DNA of 63,862 nucleotides, filler included, from Vannella sp. (GCA_023345925.1; 7 parts of 7 records of this genome joined end to end with filler, not necessarily neighbours in it); one strand, 5' to 3'. Shown: positions 11,500-23,173, counted from the first letter of the whole stretch. The notes: generated from the sequence alone by a model not told the origin. Made by a program: numbers and translations.

Positions 11500-13441
11500 A
11501 TGCTGATTGAGAGGATACCTGCGTGGGCATTGTATGTGGTGTACGTGAGCTTCGTTGTCCTCCTCGTTGCGGCTATGGTCGTTGGGAGGTCGGCTCCGTC
11601 AGTGTGGACAAGCCTTTCTGTGTCGTCCTGGGCATGCCAAGAGCCCTCTACTCAGTTCGAAGCTTCTACTTGTTTCGGATCAGACTTTGCTCGAGGTTTG
11701 GGCTCGCCTCCTCGCCATTTGAGCGCCCAATTGATGGTTCGTGACCAGGACAGTCTTGGGTGGGAAGCATTAGCGACTTGAACGAGCTCAACCAAGAGTT
11801 CCTTTTAGTTGCTCAGTTTACCAATCAGTTAGCACCTCCCATTGGTCCGTTAGGCAGAGAAAGCGTGAGAACGAGGGCGTGACTAAATGAAACTGTCCAG
11901 GAACCACTCTGCAGCTCGATTTTAAGATCTCTATGGAAGGGAGAGTTGCTGGAAATATTCATTACCAACTCCTTGTCGACGCTGAGACTCACTCCCGAAC
12001 TGTGGAATGCATTATGGTGAGAATCCATGTCAATCAATTGAAGTGACTCTTTCGGACTTAACATGGCCAGGGATCCTCTTCATGCAATGACGTGACTCTG
12101 ATTTATCAGCCTTTTTTGTCATACAATGACTACCGGCTTAATGTCACCCTCTTGAACCCAGTCAGTTCTGACTTTCTGGGAGATACAATCTTCGAGGTGG
12201 GTACAGACTCATGACGGAGACATCTTTCATTGATTTTTTGAAAAGTTCCGATTTGTGAATGACTCGTACACTGTATTCGAGTTGTGGGTCCGCCTGATCT
12301 TCTTATTTGTTGCATTTCTTTCTTTAATGCTTCTCACCATCTTTCTCCGCCACTTTAAATGGATTCATTGGACTATTGAACAAAAGTACAACTGCATTGG
12401 TATATCTATGGAGCTAATGCTGACCCATGAATAGGTGGACAGCTATTTTACTGTTTGGGGTGATGTGCTATGACAGTGAGTCATTCTCATTCTCCTCCTC
12501 AAACATTTTCTCTAACCCTAAAAAGATCCGCTCTTCGCTATGGAGATCCTCCTGCGGGGGTGGTTCTTCCCTTTGTTGGACCAGATTCTCACTGTCTCTT
12601 TTATCTGCCTGTTGCTCTTCTTCTTTATTGTGATGTTAGATTCGATTCGACTTCATGTGAGACCTCCTCTCTACCAACGAATCCGTAGTAATTCTAATTC
12701 TTGCAGGCGGAGGGAGTGGTAGAAGGGATTAACAAGTATCACATCTCCAAAGCCATATTAATTGCTCTTCTATGGATCTCTTGCATAGCCACGTGGTTCT
12801 ACATCCAGTAAGGGACCTCAAGTGTATCATCTTCTCTGATAGGAGCGTTCTTTCCAGACTGATGGACATTCACGACCCCGAATACAGCACAGGGATGGAT
12901 GTACCTTACTTCTCGGTAAGTTCCCAAATTCCGCCTTATCGGAATCTGATTGTGGCACAAAAAGTATCTGTCACTATTCTTGGTAGGACTTGCAGCTATC
13001 TATCTGCTGTACCTTTCCTACATAGCCATCCGATGTATGGTGGCCATGTACTCTGGAAGTCCCATGCGGCGCCGGGTTCAATTTTTCTTCCTTATCACCC
13101 TCATTATCATCCTACTTGCTATTGGTGGCGTTATTACCGACTTGTATTCACCCACGCAACATCATGATATCCTCCTCATCCCTCTTCCTCCCTTTCTCTC
13201 CTTTGCGTTTTTCTTGACTCTTCCTCACCCTCGATCTTCCTAGTTTATCTTGTAATGTTCAACGTGTACACTTCTATTCTAGCAATCTTCTACATCCCTG
13301 TTGGCGAAGCCCCTCACGAGTAAGATGAGACTCAGAGTCTTCTTGTCCCAGTCTCTCACCCTCTCACCCTCTCACAGGCTACTGAGCGAAGAAATGGACA
13401 CGGAAATGGATGTTTTAGACGATCTTGGGGAATCACTCTGA
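11500..13441 (+). CDS. TMEM181: TMEM181 / Wntless-like membrane protein (many introns, one U12-type)
   Basis: Spliced translation gives FELWVRLIF...WTIEQKWTAILLFGVMCYD and IFLVYLVMFNVYTSILAIFYIP, resembling TMEM181 motifs. Confidence 0.75.
13167..13228 (+). other. U12-type (minor spliceosome) AT-AC intron
   Basis: 5' ATATCCTCC, branch TTCTTGAC 10 nt before terminal AC; removal restores the frame (QHHASIFLVYL). Confidence 0.8.
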
Positions 13442-13475
13442 AAGTAAACCTCCATTTTGTGCAAAGCGAGGGGGA

Positions 13476-13878
13476 ATGGGGGACTTGGTCACCCACCGAG
13501 GGGGTTGTCACTGCGGGAAGGTCCGCATCCAAGTGAGAGCCCCTGCCATACTGGAAACAGTGGAGTGCAACTGTAGCATGTGTGAGAAGAAGGGGTTCCT
13601 GCATCTCCACGTTACTCGCAGTCAGATTGTTATTGAGGGAGAAGAACACTTAACCAGCTACTCCTTTGGCACTCACACGGCCAAGCATCTATTCTGTTCG
13701 TTCTGTGGTATCTGCAGCTTCTACATTCCCCGCTCGTTTCCAGAGGGATACTCCGTAAACGTCAAATGCCTCGATCGAAGCACCATTGAGGACATCAAAG
13801 TGGCCCCCTTCGACGGGCTGAGCTCGTACGAGTCTTCTTTAGATGCCCTTCAGAAGGGTCTTTTACAAAAGACACTCC
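13476..13878 (+). CDS. GFA / CENP-V family protein (3' end at contig break)
   Basis: HRGGCHCGKVR...CNCSMC...HLFCSFCGI...PRSFPEGYSVNVKCLD. Confidence 0.9.
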
Positions 13879-13978
13879 NNNNNNNNNNNNNNNNNNNNNN
13901 NNNNNNNNNNNNNNNNNNNNNNTTAATTAATTAANNNNNNNNNNNNNNNNNNNNNNNNNNNNNNNNNNNNNNNNNNNN
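13879..13978. other. Artificial contig linker (N-TTAATTAATTAA-N)
   Basis: Identical 100-nt linker with all-frame stops occurs six times in the window. Confidence 0.98.
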
Positions 13979-14287
13979 TCCCGCTATGACATTCTTGGCA
14001 GATGACAAAGAACGCTCACGATTCTCGCCTCGATTGCCCGTCGACCAGGGCTGGGCCGACGATCCCCCTAATTTTAAAGGCTAACCGTGCCCTTAGTTTT
14101 TAAACCAATAAAAAAAAAAAAAAAAAAAAGGGAAACTCCGAGACTATCAAGATTTCGAGTCTCAATATCAAACAATGACGTTAATCAGTTTTGTGTTAGC
14201 TGACTGATTTTCGTGGAGGAGGGAGATTTGTGCGCTTCTTTCAGATGTTTGTTCTTCTGGCCACTTCATTTCGTGGATCAATCTTGC

Positions 14288-15508
14288 ATGGAGCGTGTTT
14301 CATCTGTTCTTGGTCACATCCAACCCTCTTGTTGTGCTGCGGTTGTAAAGGTCGTTCGTTGTTCTTTGATGCAGCTCCCACTGACTTATGGTTCGTAGAA
14401 GCCCGTTCGAGTGTGCATTACTGGTGCTGCTGGGCAGATTGCGTACTCTTTGGTGGTCCAGATTGCCTCTGGAAGGATGCTGGGATCAGATCAACCCCTA
14501 ATCTTGCATCTCCTTGAAGTTCCTCAGGCTGAAGGAGCGCTGCATGGTGTCGTGATGGAGTTGGAGGACTGCGCTCTGCCTTTGGTTGAGAAGATCGTTG
14601 CCACAGTGAACCCTGAGCAAGCCTTTGACCAAGTAGATGTTGCTATCTTCGTTGGCGCCTTCCCTAGAAAGGAGGGAATGGAGCGTAAGGACCTTCTTGA
14701 GAAGAATGCAGCTATCTTCCACTCGCAGGGCGCGTTGCTCGCCAAGTATGCCTCTCCGAATGTCAAAGTCGTTGTTGTTGGTAATCCTGCCAACACCAAC
14801 TGCCTTTTGCTCATGAGAGCGGCTGGAGGCTCCATCCCTGCTGAGAACTTCACCTGCCTCACTCGCCTGGACCACAACAGGGGCAAAGCGCAAGTGGCAG
14901 AGAAGCTTCAAGTCCCTGTTAGCTCTGTCAGCAACGTGGTCATCTGGGGGAACCACAGCGCCACGCAATATCCGTACTTGGGCTGCGCCACGGTTAAGGA
15001 CTACCCACAAGCTGGTATCTCCCTCAATGCTGCCATCGCCATTGGAGACGACAAGTGGACTCGGGAGTACTTCATTCCAACGGTACAGAAGCGCGGAGCA
15101 GCGGTGATCCAAGGTAGGTTCCAGAGAATGTCGCCTCTTTGTTCTTCTCTGACGGGTGACTCGAAGCTCGCAAGCTCTCATCAGCTGCATCTGCTGCAAA
15201 TGCTATCGTTGAACACGTCCGTGACTGGGTGCTGGGAACTGCTCCGGTGTGTAGAACCAAGATGTGGCATCGGCACTTCTAACTTGAAGGAACAGGGCGA
15301 GATCGTGTCCATGGGAGTGCCAACGGATGGTTCTTATGGAGTTCCTATGAACTTAGTCTTCTCTTTCCCTGTGACATGCGCTGGAGGCAAGTATGAGATC
15401 GTCCAAGGTCTTCCTCTCGACGAGTTCTCCCACCAGAAGATCCAAGAGACCACAAAGGAGCTCGTTGAAGAACGAGACACTGCTATTGCCTTCGTGGAGC
15501 GCAAGTGA
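14288..15508 (+). CDS. MDH: Malate dehydrogenase (MDH1/cytosolic type) with N-terminal PTS2
   Basis: [52 protein letters not shown] after splicing; exon 1 [11 protein letters not shown]. Confidence 0.92.
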
Positions 15509-15587
15509 ATGTCCCCAAGTGGCCAAAGGAGGTCACTTCCAAGCTCATGAGTCCGCTTTATACCTCATTAAAGCTCGTTCTTCCTGC

Positions 15588-15851
15588 TTACTGGACTTTC
15601 TTCGACTGGACCTCTTCCTTTGTGTCAAGGTCCTCCATCTTCTGAATCTTCTGCTTCTCTTCGTCCAGCCACTTCTCCATGGCACTTGCGCGCCGCTTTT
15701 GCCTCAAAATGCTCGCTTGCCGGTCCTCCCGTCGGATCTCTTCATAGCGCTCTGGTGTAACCAAAGGGAGAACCCTCATAACCCATAGTGCAGCCGAGCA
15801 GAAGACGATAATCAACGCCAACGACCCAAAAATGGCCGCCATCGGCGGCAT
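15588..15851 (-). CDS. Small single-pass membrane protein, hypothetical
   Basis: Hydrophobic N-terminus followed by a charged coiled-coil-like tail. Confidence 0.45.
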   Translation of the reverse strand: MPPMAAIFGSLALIIVFCSAALWVMRVLPLVTPERYEEIRREDRQASILRQKRRASAMEKWLDEEKQKIQKMEDLDTKEEVQSKKVQ

Positions 15852-15930
15852 CGGAGAGGAAAATGAACTTTTACTCGTCTTTGCCTCGTCCAAATGGACC
15901 CTTTGCTGACCAAGAAGGTAGGTCGGGTAG

Positions 15931-17784
15931 TTATACACTCTGTGAGTTGAATTGAACCCGTTTCCAGAGGATCACCGTCCCGGTAGCGTCGCAACTGCCC
16001 ATCAGCGACTCCTCGTGATTCCAACAGACATCCAAGACGGGTCCAGAGTGGCCCATCAGCTCATTAACGCAAGGTTTCTCCAACCTGAGTACGTCAAAGA
16101 TACGAATCGTCATATCTTCGCCCCCTGTGACAACGCAAGCTCCATCTCGAAGTGATATAAGAGGACAAAAACAGCTCCTAACGCGGTAGGATGCGTTAGG
16201 AACATTCCGAAACTCTTTCTTGAAGGTTATAGATTGATTAGATGCCACTCTGTAACACGATTAGGGTCAGTTGTCCGTATTTAAGGTACTAACGTGAATA
16301 GCTTCAACGTGTTGTCTTGGCAACTGACAAGTAGCTCAGGTCGGTGTTGGGGGCTATTCGACCAAGCTTTGTAACGGAGAGAGACAATTGGTCTCGCCCG
16401 AGCAAAACGGCTGAGGGCAGATACCCTCAGAGTCCTCCCAATTCGGCCAGTAGAATGGTCATATTGGAAGACACTTAGATACCCTTTGGCGTCCCCAGCG
16501 AAGAGGAGGTCACCTTGGGGGTCCCATGTGAGCGCGTTGACGGAGGCAGAGAGATCGTGTTGTTCACTAATCTGGCCTGTACTCAGATTATACACTACCA
16601 AGTGGCCTCGTATCGTTCCTGCCTTCAGTACTTGTCAGATTGGAGTGGGGTGAGAGAGGTACGGCCTACAAACAGGAGGTTGTTGTTGAATGGGTGGAAA
16701 ACGCAGCAAACAAACTCATCCGGCCCGGTTATCTTCCTCAGGCATTTGCCATCAGACACTTGCCACACCCTCAAAGTATGGTCCACTGAAGAAGACAACA
16801 ATCTCTCATTATCAGAAGAGAAGCAGAGATCTGAAGGAAGCTTTGAATGAGTCTCCATCCAGTCCAATCCAGTTGAATCACAATAAGTGACTTACCAGTG
16901 ACACATTGCGTATGTCCTTGGATACGGAGGTGGACTCGTGGCTCTGGCAAAGCATAGCAAACATGGATATCCCCATCAAAGGATGCAAAGGCCAGCAAAC
17001 TGTCCTCAAAGTTGGCAAACAGGATTCGAGTGACTGCCTTTTGGTCAGTCTTTCCTCCCATCCCGCGGATATAGCAGTGAACATACCAGCTTCTGCATGT
17101 TCATCCCATATGTGATGCATTCCAGTGAAGGCATAGGCATCAGACACTCTCCCGCCCCCTGGAAGTTGTTCGGTATGTTCGGCGCGCTGTTTGCGCTTCT
17201 CCTTCAGCGCTTGGACCTTTTCTTTCCGTTTAGCCGCTACAATGGATTGTGCGGATCGTGTTCGTCTCTTTGTAGCTCCTGGAGGCTTCTCTGGCGAACG
17301 TTTTGGCGCTTGGGAGGCTTCCAGGTCTCCCCCTTCTGTTGTTCCTGACTCCCCACTCCATTCTTCCTCCTCCTCTTCATCTCCAGAGCCACAAGAAGTA
17401 CGAGGGGATCTCTGTGGGGTGGCAGGTGGCGTATCAGCAAAGTCCAGAGCGCAGTCCGCTAACCGAGGTAAGTTATGGCGCTTTCTCTGTGCTTCCAGCA
17501 GGTGTGAGCGTTTCCCCTCTCGACTAGACTCTCCATTAGACCACCCCCACCTTCTAGCCCCCCTTTACCTACCGAGCGACGCCAGGTTGGACCGATAGAA
17601 GCTGAGAACGCCATTCTGAGTAGTCTCGTCGCCTGTCCGCTCCCTCCTGAAGCTCTCCTCCCAGCTTCTTCAGCAGCAAGAGTGTACGCCATTGCGAATA
17701 CAAGACTCCCCCTCGTCGCTTGAACAGCCGATCCACCGAAACAACATCGGCAGTCACTGCAGAAGCGGACTCTTGTCCCGGCAT
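15931..17784 (-). CDS. WDR13: WDR13-like WD40 protein (multi-exon)
   Basis: AYAFTGMHHIWDEH, VRSCFCPLISLRDGACVVTGGED, VNELMGHSGPVLDVCWNHEESL. Confidence 0.8.
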
Positions 17785-18218
17785 TCGAGCAAATGATCCC
17801 TTTTCACCGCTCTTGGCTTGCCAATGCATTGTTGGAGAGTTGGGATGGCACTTCCAACCCAACTCCCCGTTTCCCAGATAGCTGGTCAAGAGGACCCCTT
17901 CTCGGTGTATTCGAGTGAAGGCTTCGTCGGAACTAACTCGATTCGTACCTGTGAAGATCAGGTCCGCAACCAAAAGCCGAAAAGGCACGTTGACACCTTC
18001 ATTATCAAGCAGATCTCGGAAAAATGGGGTTTGCGTCTTGTTCAGGCTGTATGATAATGCACTTCCCTACAGAGCAGTTTCTCAAATGTTGTAAATGCCC
18101 CTATCCATGATCCGGCAGCCAACTGGTGTGAGTACAATGTGAGCTCACGTTCAACGCCGATTCAAGGAAGAGGAAATTCCTCGACCAAAAGCAAAGCCAT
18201 TTTCTGGTAATGATCCTG

Positions 18219-18288
18219 ATGAGGAACATTCCTGACGCTGGAGTGGAGGGAACATGAGGAACATTCCTGACGCTGGAGTGGAGGGAAC
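18219..18288. repeat. Perfect 2 x 35-bp tandem repeat
   Basis: atgaggaacattcctgacgctggagtggagggaac twice. Confidence 0.9.
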
Positions 18289-18403
18289 ATCCGGGAGTAG
18301 ATCTAAAGCGGAGGCGGAGTTTCTTCGGAGTTCTTCGGGGTTTGCTTCTTGATGGGCGTACCCGGCGTCTTGTCTTCGAGAGCTCCAGCTTTCATTATTA
18401 TCA

Positions 18404-18715
18404 ATGTCTGTGCCCACACCCACGCAAAGGTCTCAAGAAAAGTACAACCAGTCCCGGAGATTTGCGGTGGCCTTCGATCAGCAACTTGATGTTGTAGAGG
18501 GATCCGAAGAGCACTCTGAGCTCCTCTCAAGTGGTCGCACAACCCACCCCTGCTGTATCATCCAATCCTGGGATAGCATGAGTAACAGCTCCTCCAGCAA
18601 CTCTGCAACGCCTCCTCCAAACATCCTCACAAAAGAGGCTTCCGGACCCCTTTATGAGGCGCGGAATGTCTCAAAACATCCATTCCTGGTCCTACTGGCA
18701 GCTCTGATAAAGTAA
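18404..18715 (+). CDS. Orphan small protein, paralog A
   Basis: Closely similar to 22091-22363(-), with many synonymous differences. Confidence 0.65.
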   Translation: MSVPTPTQRSQEKYNQSRRFAVAFDQQLDVVEGSEEHSELLSSGRTTHPCCIIQSWDSMSNSSSSNSATPPPNILTKEASGPLYEARNVSKHPFLVLLAALIK

Positions 18716-18944
18716 AAGTCCCCCTCATTCTGAGCCAGTTCCCCAAAGGATTAGTGAGAGAGGAAGCGACATTCATCTGGTGACCCTGAGAAAGTGCAAT
18801 CTTGAGAGAAGCGGTATTCCTTTCCTCTCCTTGGTTTCTGCCGAAGGCGAGATCGAATGGGCCAGCGTGAATGAGTTGATACCTGAGCGAGTTTGCTCGC
18901 GTGAATATGCGCGGAACTCATTGAAAGAAGAAATTCATCTATTG

Positions 18945-20192
18945 TCATTCCTCGCTTCCTGTGACGCCCTCTTTGCTGTACATTCGGGCACAGTTACGGG
19001 TTGGATCTGTGTCAAATGACTCGTAGCGCTCTCTGAGACAATGGGCCATATAGGAGAATCCGCTATTTGCCACAACTAAACCATCAACACGCCGGAGAAT
19101 CTCCCATTCAACGTGCATTCGCCACGCGAACTGGTCAAACGGGCCTGTGTGGAAGGTGACGTGTTCAATGGTTCCCAGAGCTTCTCCAGTAATAAATTCG
19201 ACTTTCCTGGTTCCAAAATAGTCCTCTGACTTGACCAGAAGGAATGGAATAATGTTTTCGTTGTCCACCGCGAGGAATGTTGGAACTTCCGCTTTTTCTG
19301 GCAGGGCGCTCAAAGATTCGTTCAGACAATGGAGGACATTCTCTATGTGCTGATCCTTTTCTGCTGGGAACCGCGGCCCATTCTCGGAAGAAATGACGCC
19401 GGTTCGGATGTGGACAGCGCGGGAAGGACCACTCTTTGGTAGATAGTGTGACAGAGATTCTGTTAGCTTGAGAGTAGGTGGAAGGAACTTCTTGAAGAGT
19501 ATGCTACGCCAGAAGCGCGTTCCGTCGATTCCAAGACGCTCACGTTCGGAGGCTAAGTCAGGGTGGGAAGCAAAGTGGTCCCAACACCATCCATTGGTGT
19601 TCACGACGATGCCTTTCTCTTCACGAAGAGCGCTTATGATCCCGTTATCCTGCAAACACGCACAAGGGTTGCTGGCGTGCAAGCAATCCATCTGGATCAT
19701 TCCTCCCTCATCGACGTTCCGGTTCCAGTCAATTGGATCAGCCTGATAGATGTCTGTGAGCGGCATATCTTTGCCATCCATAGAGAAAAGTACAGTGCGG
19801 TTCGTCAATACGCCTAGCGTCATCACAGTCAACATCCCTCTCACTCTGTCCCCCCAGCCAGGACAGTAGCCTCTGCAAACCCATATCAAGTAGCGGGGTT
19901 GGACCACTCCACGAAGGGAGTCAGCATGCATTTGAATGTAACGTTCCATCGCCTCCTCAAAGCCAGTCTTCCCAAACGCCAGTGCCGAGGGAGAAGGCGA
20001 CGAACTCTCTGGCATCAGCGGGGGATCATCAGATGGCGACGGGAGCAGCGCTGGTGGGGCTCTCTTCAACTCTCTTTCCTCCGTGATCTCTTCTCTCGCC
20101 TTGCCAAGCTCCGACAACGACACCACGTCAAACAGAAGGACCAAAACCACCAGAGCCGCCACGAGGACGCCCAGCACCACAACAACCCGCAT
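18945..20192 (-). CDS. Type II membrane glycosyltransferase (fucosyltransferase-like)
   Basis: N-terminal TM segment, GWGDRVRG, AVHIRTG, FLAVDN, SGFS motifs. Confidence 0.65.
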   Translation of the reverse strand: MRVVVVLGVLVAALVVLVLLFDVVSLSELGKAREEITEERELKRAPPALLPSPSDDPPLMPESSSPSPSALAFGKTGFEEAMERYIQMHADSLRGVVQPRYLIWVCRGYCPGWGDRVRGMLTVMTLGVLTNRTVLFSMDGKDMPLTDIYQADPIDWNRNVDEGGMIQMDCLHASNPCACLQDNGIISALREEKGIVVNTNGWCWDHFASHPDLASERERLGIDGTRFWRSILFKKFLPPTLKLTESLSHYLPKSGPSRAVHIRTGVISSENGPRFPAEKDQHIENVLHCLNESLSALPEKAEVPTFLAVDNENIIPFLLVKSEDYFGTRKVEFITGEALGTIEHVTFHTGPFDQFAWRMHVEWEILRRVDGLVVANSGFSYMAHCLRERYESFDTDPTRNCARMYSKEGVTGSEE

Positions 20193-20272
20193 TAAATAAT
20201 AAATTCAATATATTAAAATCAGGTCCAGGCGATGACGATTGGCATTGTTTATTGGCTGTTGGAGGAGAGAGG

Positions 20273-21736
20273 ATGATCCCTCCCAATCGCTTTACCTTGC
20301 CGTTATGGCGGAAGATACTGTTTGGCTTAGGTGGCTTTGGTGTGGGAATCGTTCGGTCCGTGCTGGGACTGTTCCAGCTGGCTTTCCTCCTCGAAGTAGT
20401 CCAAATGCCTCCTCTTTGGGCAGGATTGGTCCTCTTTATCGAGCAGCTCGTCGATTCCATTGTTGATGGAGCTATTGGTCTTCTCAGCGACAATGTGCCA
20501 ACTCGCTACGGCCGTAGGAAGCCTTGGATATACGTCATGTGCTTACCCGCCTTGATCTTTTGGGTCCTTTCGTGGGTAGCACCAGGTACGCTTCTGAAAA
20601 CACCTGTAGCAGAGTTTGCATACTACTTGTGCATCTACTGTATCTTCTCTGTGTGCATTGGCTGCGTCCAGGTACCTTATCAAGCCATTATCCCCGACAT
20701 CGCCCCTACCTCTCTCGAACGCAGCCTTATCGTGGTGATCTGGCAGTTCTTCCTTGTCATAGGAGCTCTCTGTGCCTCCTTTGTATGGTCTTCCTCCATC
20801 CTCTGGTTCCCTGTCGAGGAGGACCAGCCAACGACCATTGGGATGCCCGAGAACTACCGCAAAGGTTATGCAGTAGCCAGTGTTATCACCGGAGTACCAT
20901 TCCTAGTCACAACCTTGATAGGAATCTCCAGTGTGATGGAGCGAAAAGAGGCTTTCCCCTTCGTATCGATGAGGTTGATCTTCCGGAACACACGCCAGGC
21001 TATCCTCTTCCGTCCCTTCGTCATTCTATGCATCATACGATGTGCTTCTGTCATGTCTATTGCCATGTTCGTCTCTAACGTGTACTTGTACATCAAGTAC
21101 GTCCTTAAAGAGGAAGATCATGTCAACTTCATCCTCCTGGCACTCCAGTGCACCGTGGCAGTCACTCTATTCGTTTGGTTACTTCTTTCTCTACGCGTGA
21201 GCAAGAGTCTGCTGTTCAATATCGGCTCTCTGATGACGTGCATCGCTCTTTTGCTGTTCTTCTTTGCACAACCGTCTTGGATGCCCTTCCTTTACATCCT
21301 GTTTGTGTTTCGGGGTGCCACATCGAGTGCAGCGTACTTGTTCCCTCAAAGCATGCTGCCTGATGTGATAGAATACTATTATCTGGAGTATTTGGACCGG
21401 CGGGAAGGCACCTTCTATAGTGTTATTAATGCCTTGGAGAAGTTTGCGATTGGAATCTGCTACGTGATTGTTTGTGTTGCTCTCCACTTTGCTGGATATC
21501 TCAATCCCTCTCAAATTGTAGAAGCTGACTATTTGCAGCCAGAGTCTACATTGATGACTTTGAGGTTTTTAGTTTCTGTGGTTCCCATGTTCTTTGCAGG
21601 AATATCTATTATGGCTGGATTATGGTTCTACTTACGTGTGCAACGGAGTGAGCGCTACAACAAAGGGAGCGATTATCTCTTTTCAGACTTTTCTGATATG
21701 TCCGATGTGGACAGCAGTGACACGTCCTCGCACTAA
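20273..21736 (+). CDS. MFS/GPH (MelB/MFSD2-like) transporter
   Basis: IGLLSDNVPTRYGRRKPW, SMLPDVIE, RREGTFYS; about 12 TM segments. Confidence 0.88.
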   Translation: MIPPNRFTLPLWRKILFGLGGFGVGIVRSVLGLFQLAFLLEVVQMPPLWAGLVLFIEQLVDSIVDGAIGLLSDNVPTRYGRRKPWIYVMCLPALIFWVLSWVAPGTLLKTPVAEFAYYLCIYCIFSVCIGCVQVPYQAIIPDIAPTSLERSLIVVIWQFFLVIGALCASFVWSSSILWFPVEEDQPTTIGMPENYRKGYAVASVITGVPFLVTTLIGISSVMERKEAFPFVSMRLIFRNTRQAILFRPFVILCIIRCASVMSIAMFVSNVYLYIKYVLKEEDHVNFILLALQCTVAVTLFVWLLLSLRVSKSLLFNIGSLMTCIALLLFFFAQPSWMPFLYILFVFRGATSSAAYLFPQSMLPDVIEYYYLEYLDRREGTFYSVINALEKFAIGICYVIVCVALHFAGYLNPSQIVEADYLQPESTLMTLRFLVSVVPMFFAGISIMAGLWFYLRVQRSERYNKGSDYLFSDFSDMSDVDSSDTSSH

Positions 21737-22090
21737 CAGAACCTCATCAAAGCCTATCTAATGTAATTTACCTTTTGGCCTGAGGCCAACTGGCTCAAAC
21801 CAAAGAGTCTTTCTCTTTTTATCTAGTGCCCCCACTCTATCCAATTCTGCAGGAAGAACATCATTTCCAGAACAGGTCTTTGAATCGAATGAGGCTCCCA
21901 GATGAGAGCCTGATGGAGTTTGTTGTGAGGACCAACACAAGAGCACCAAACTCTGAGTCCAAAAAGAGAAAAACACTCAAAAGCCATCACACTGGCTTCG
22001 GTTGACTGGTTCTTTAGTAGACTTGCTCAAAATAAGGGAGAGTTTATATATTCAGTGTTGTTTGCTGCACAAGTGGATGATTTGGACATC

Positions 22091-22363
22091 TTAGGACCTG
22101 AACGCCTCATACAAAAGGGGTCCGGAAGCCTCTTTTGTGAGGATGCTCGGAGGAGGCATTGCGGAGTTGCTGGAAGAGCTGTTGTCCATGTTATCGCAGG
22201 ATTGGACAATACAGCAGGGGTGGGCGGTGCGACCACTCGAGAGGAGCTCAGCGTGCTCTTCGGAGCCCTCCACAACATCAAGTTGTTGATCAAAGGCCAC
22301 CGCAAATCTTCGGGACTGGTTGTACTTTCGTTGGGACCGGAGCATGGGTGTCAAGACAGACAT
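22091..22363 (-). CDS. Orphan small protein, paralog B
   Basis: KYNQSRRFAVAFDQQLDVVEGSEEH shared with 18404-18715. Confidence 0.65.
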   Translation of the reverse strand: MSVLTPMLRSQRKYNQSRRFAVAFDQQLDVVEGSEEHAELLSSGRTAHPCCIVQSCDNMDNSSSSNSAMPPPSILTKEASGPLLYEAFRS

Positions 22364-22438
22364 GGTAATTAATGACAGCTTCCACCAACTGCAGAGAGCG
22401 AAGCCCACAGTGTCCAGGAGGCTATTGCTTCATTGAAC

Positions 22439-22530
22439 GGACGTTTCCACGTCTTCTAGAAGGGCGTTTCCACGTCCTCTGGACGGACGTTTACACGTCT
22501 TCTGGACGGTCGCTTGCACGTCTTCTAGAA
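22439..22530. repeat. 4 x 23-bp degenerate tandem repeat
   Basis: Unit ggacgtttccacgtcttctagaa and three variants. Confidence 0.85.
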
Positions 22531-22703
22531 GCTGAATCGGCCGTAGTGGATCTGAATCGGCCTTAATGATCCCCATTTGGCAAAAATCTCCGATTTTCGG
22601 AGCTTCCAGTTTCCATGGGCCGGAGAGCCTTACGTTTGACCCCATTCCAGTATGACCCCTGAGTTCGCCGCAGCACTCCGAGTTTACGAGTCCCACATCG
22701 ACT

Positions 22704-23173
22704 ATGCTCCTGGAGTGGCTCAACTGCCTTTGCCCTTTCGAAGGAGACTTCGTTCCCCTCACGCTATTCATTGCCACCAAGAGCTTTCCCTGCGATCCGA
22801 GATGGAGATGGAGCCAATCGAAGTGCCGAGAAGAAGTCTTCCTCCCTGCTCGCCAAGTGACGCTCCGCATTCGCAAACTCATCCTTCGCCCCCACAAAGG
22901 CTTCTCCAACCCGCCCTCCGCCAAGGTCTGGATGTTTGAAGCCTTTCCTAACAACGGAGGCTCATCAAGGATACCTGTTGCTCTGTGGTACCACAAACTC
23001 CCGCTTTCCCAACCACGAACCAACTTCCATGAGTGTTACCCTCAGCCCACCTCGTCATTCCCTGCCTGGGAGCTTCTCCCAAACTCGCCCTCAGTTGCAT
23101 TCGTCCCTCTACCACCTCCTGAACCCAACATTGAGGACTACAAGTTCCTGGCGGTGTGGATGAGCAAACAAGT
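22704..23173 (+). CDS. Hypothetical protein, truncated by contig end
   Basis: Open frame of more than 150 codons with globular-looking composition (DPRWRWSQS, KVWMFE). Confidence 0.45.

Noticed and set aside
13879..13978. Recurring TTAATTAATTAA flanked by Ns (six copies)
   Set aside because: Artificial contig-joining spacer; adjacency across linkers has no biological meaning
14109..14129. Poly-A run
   Set aside because: No associated retroelement or target-site duplication visible
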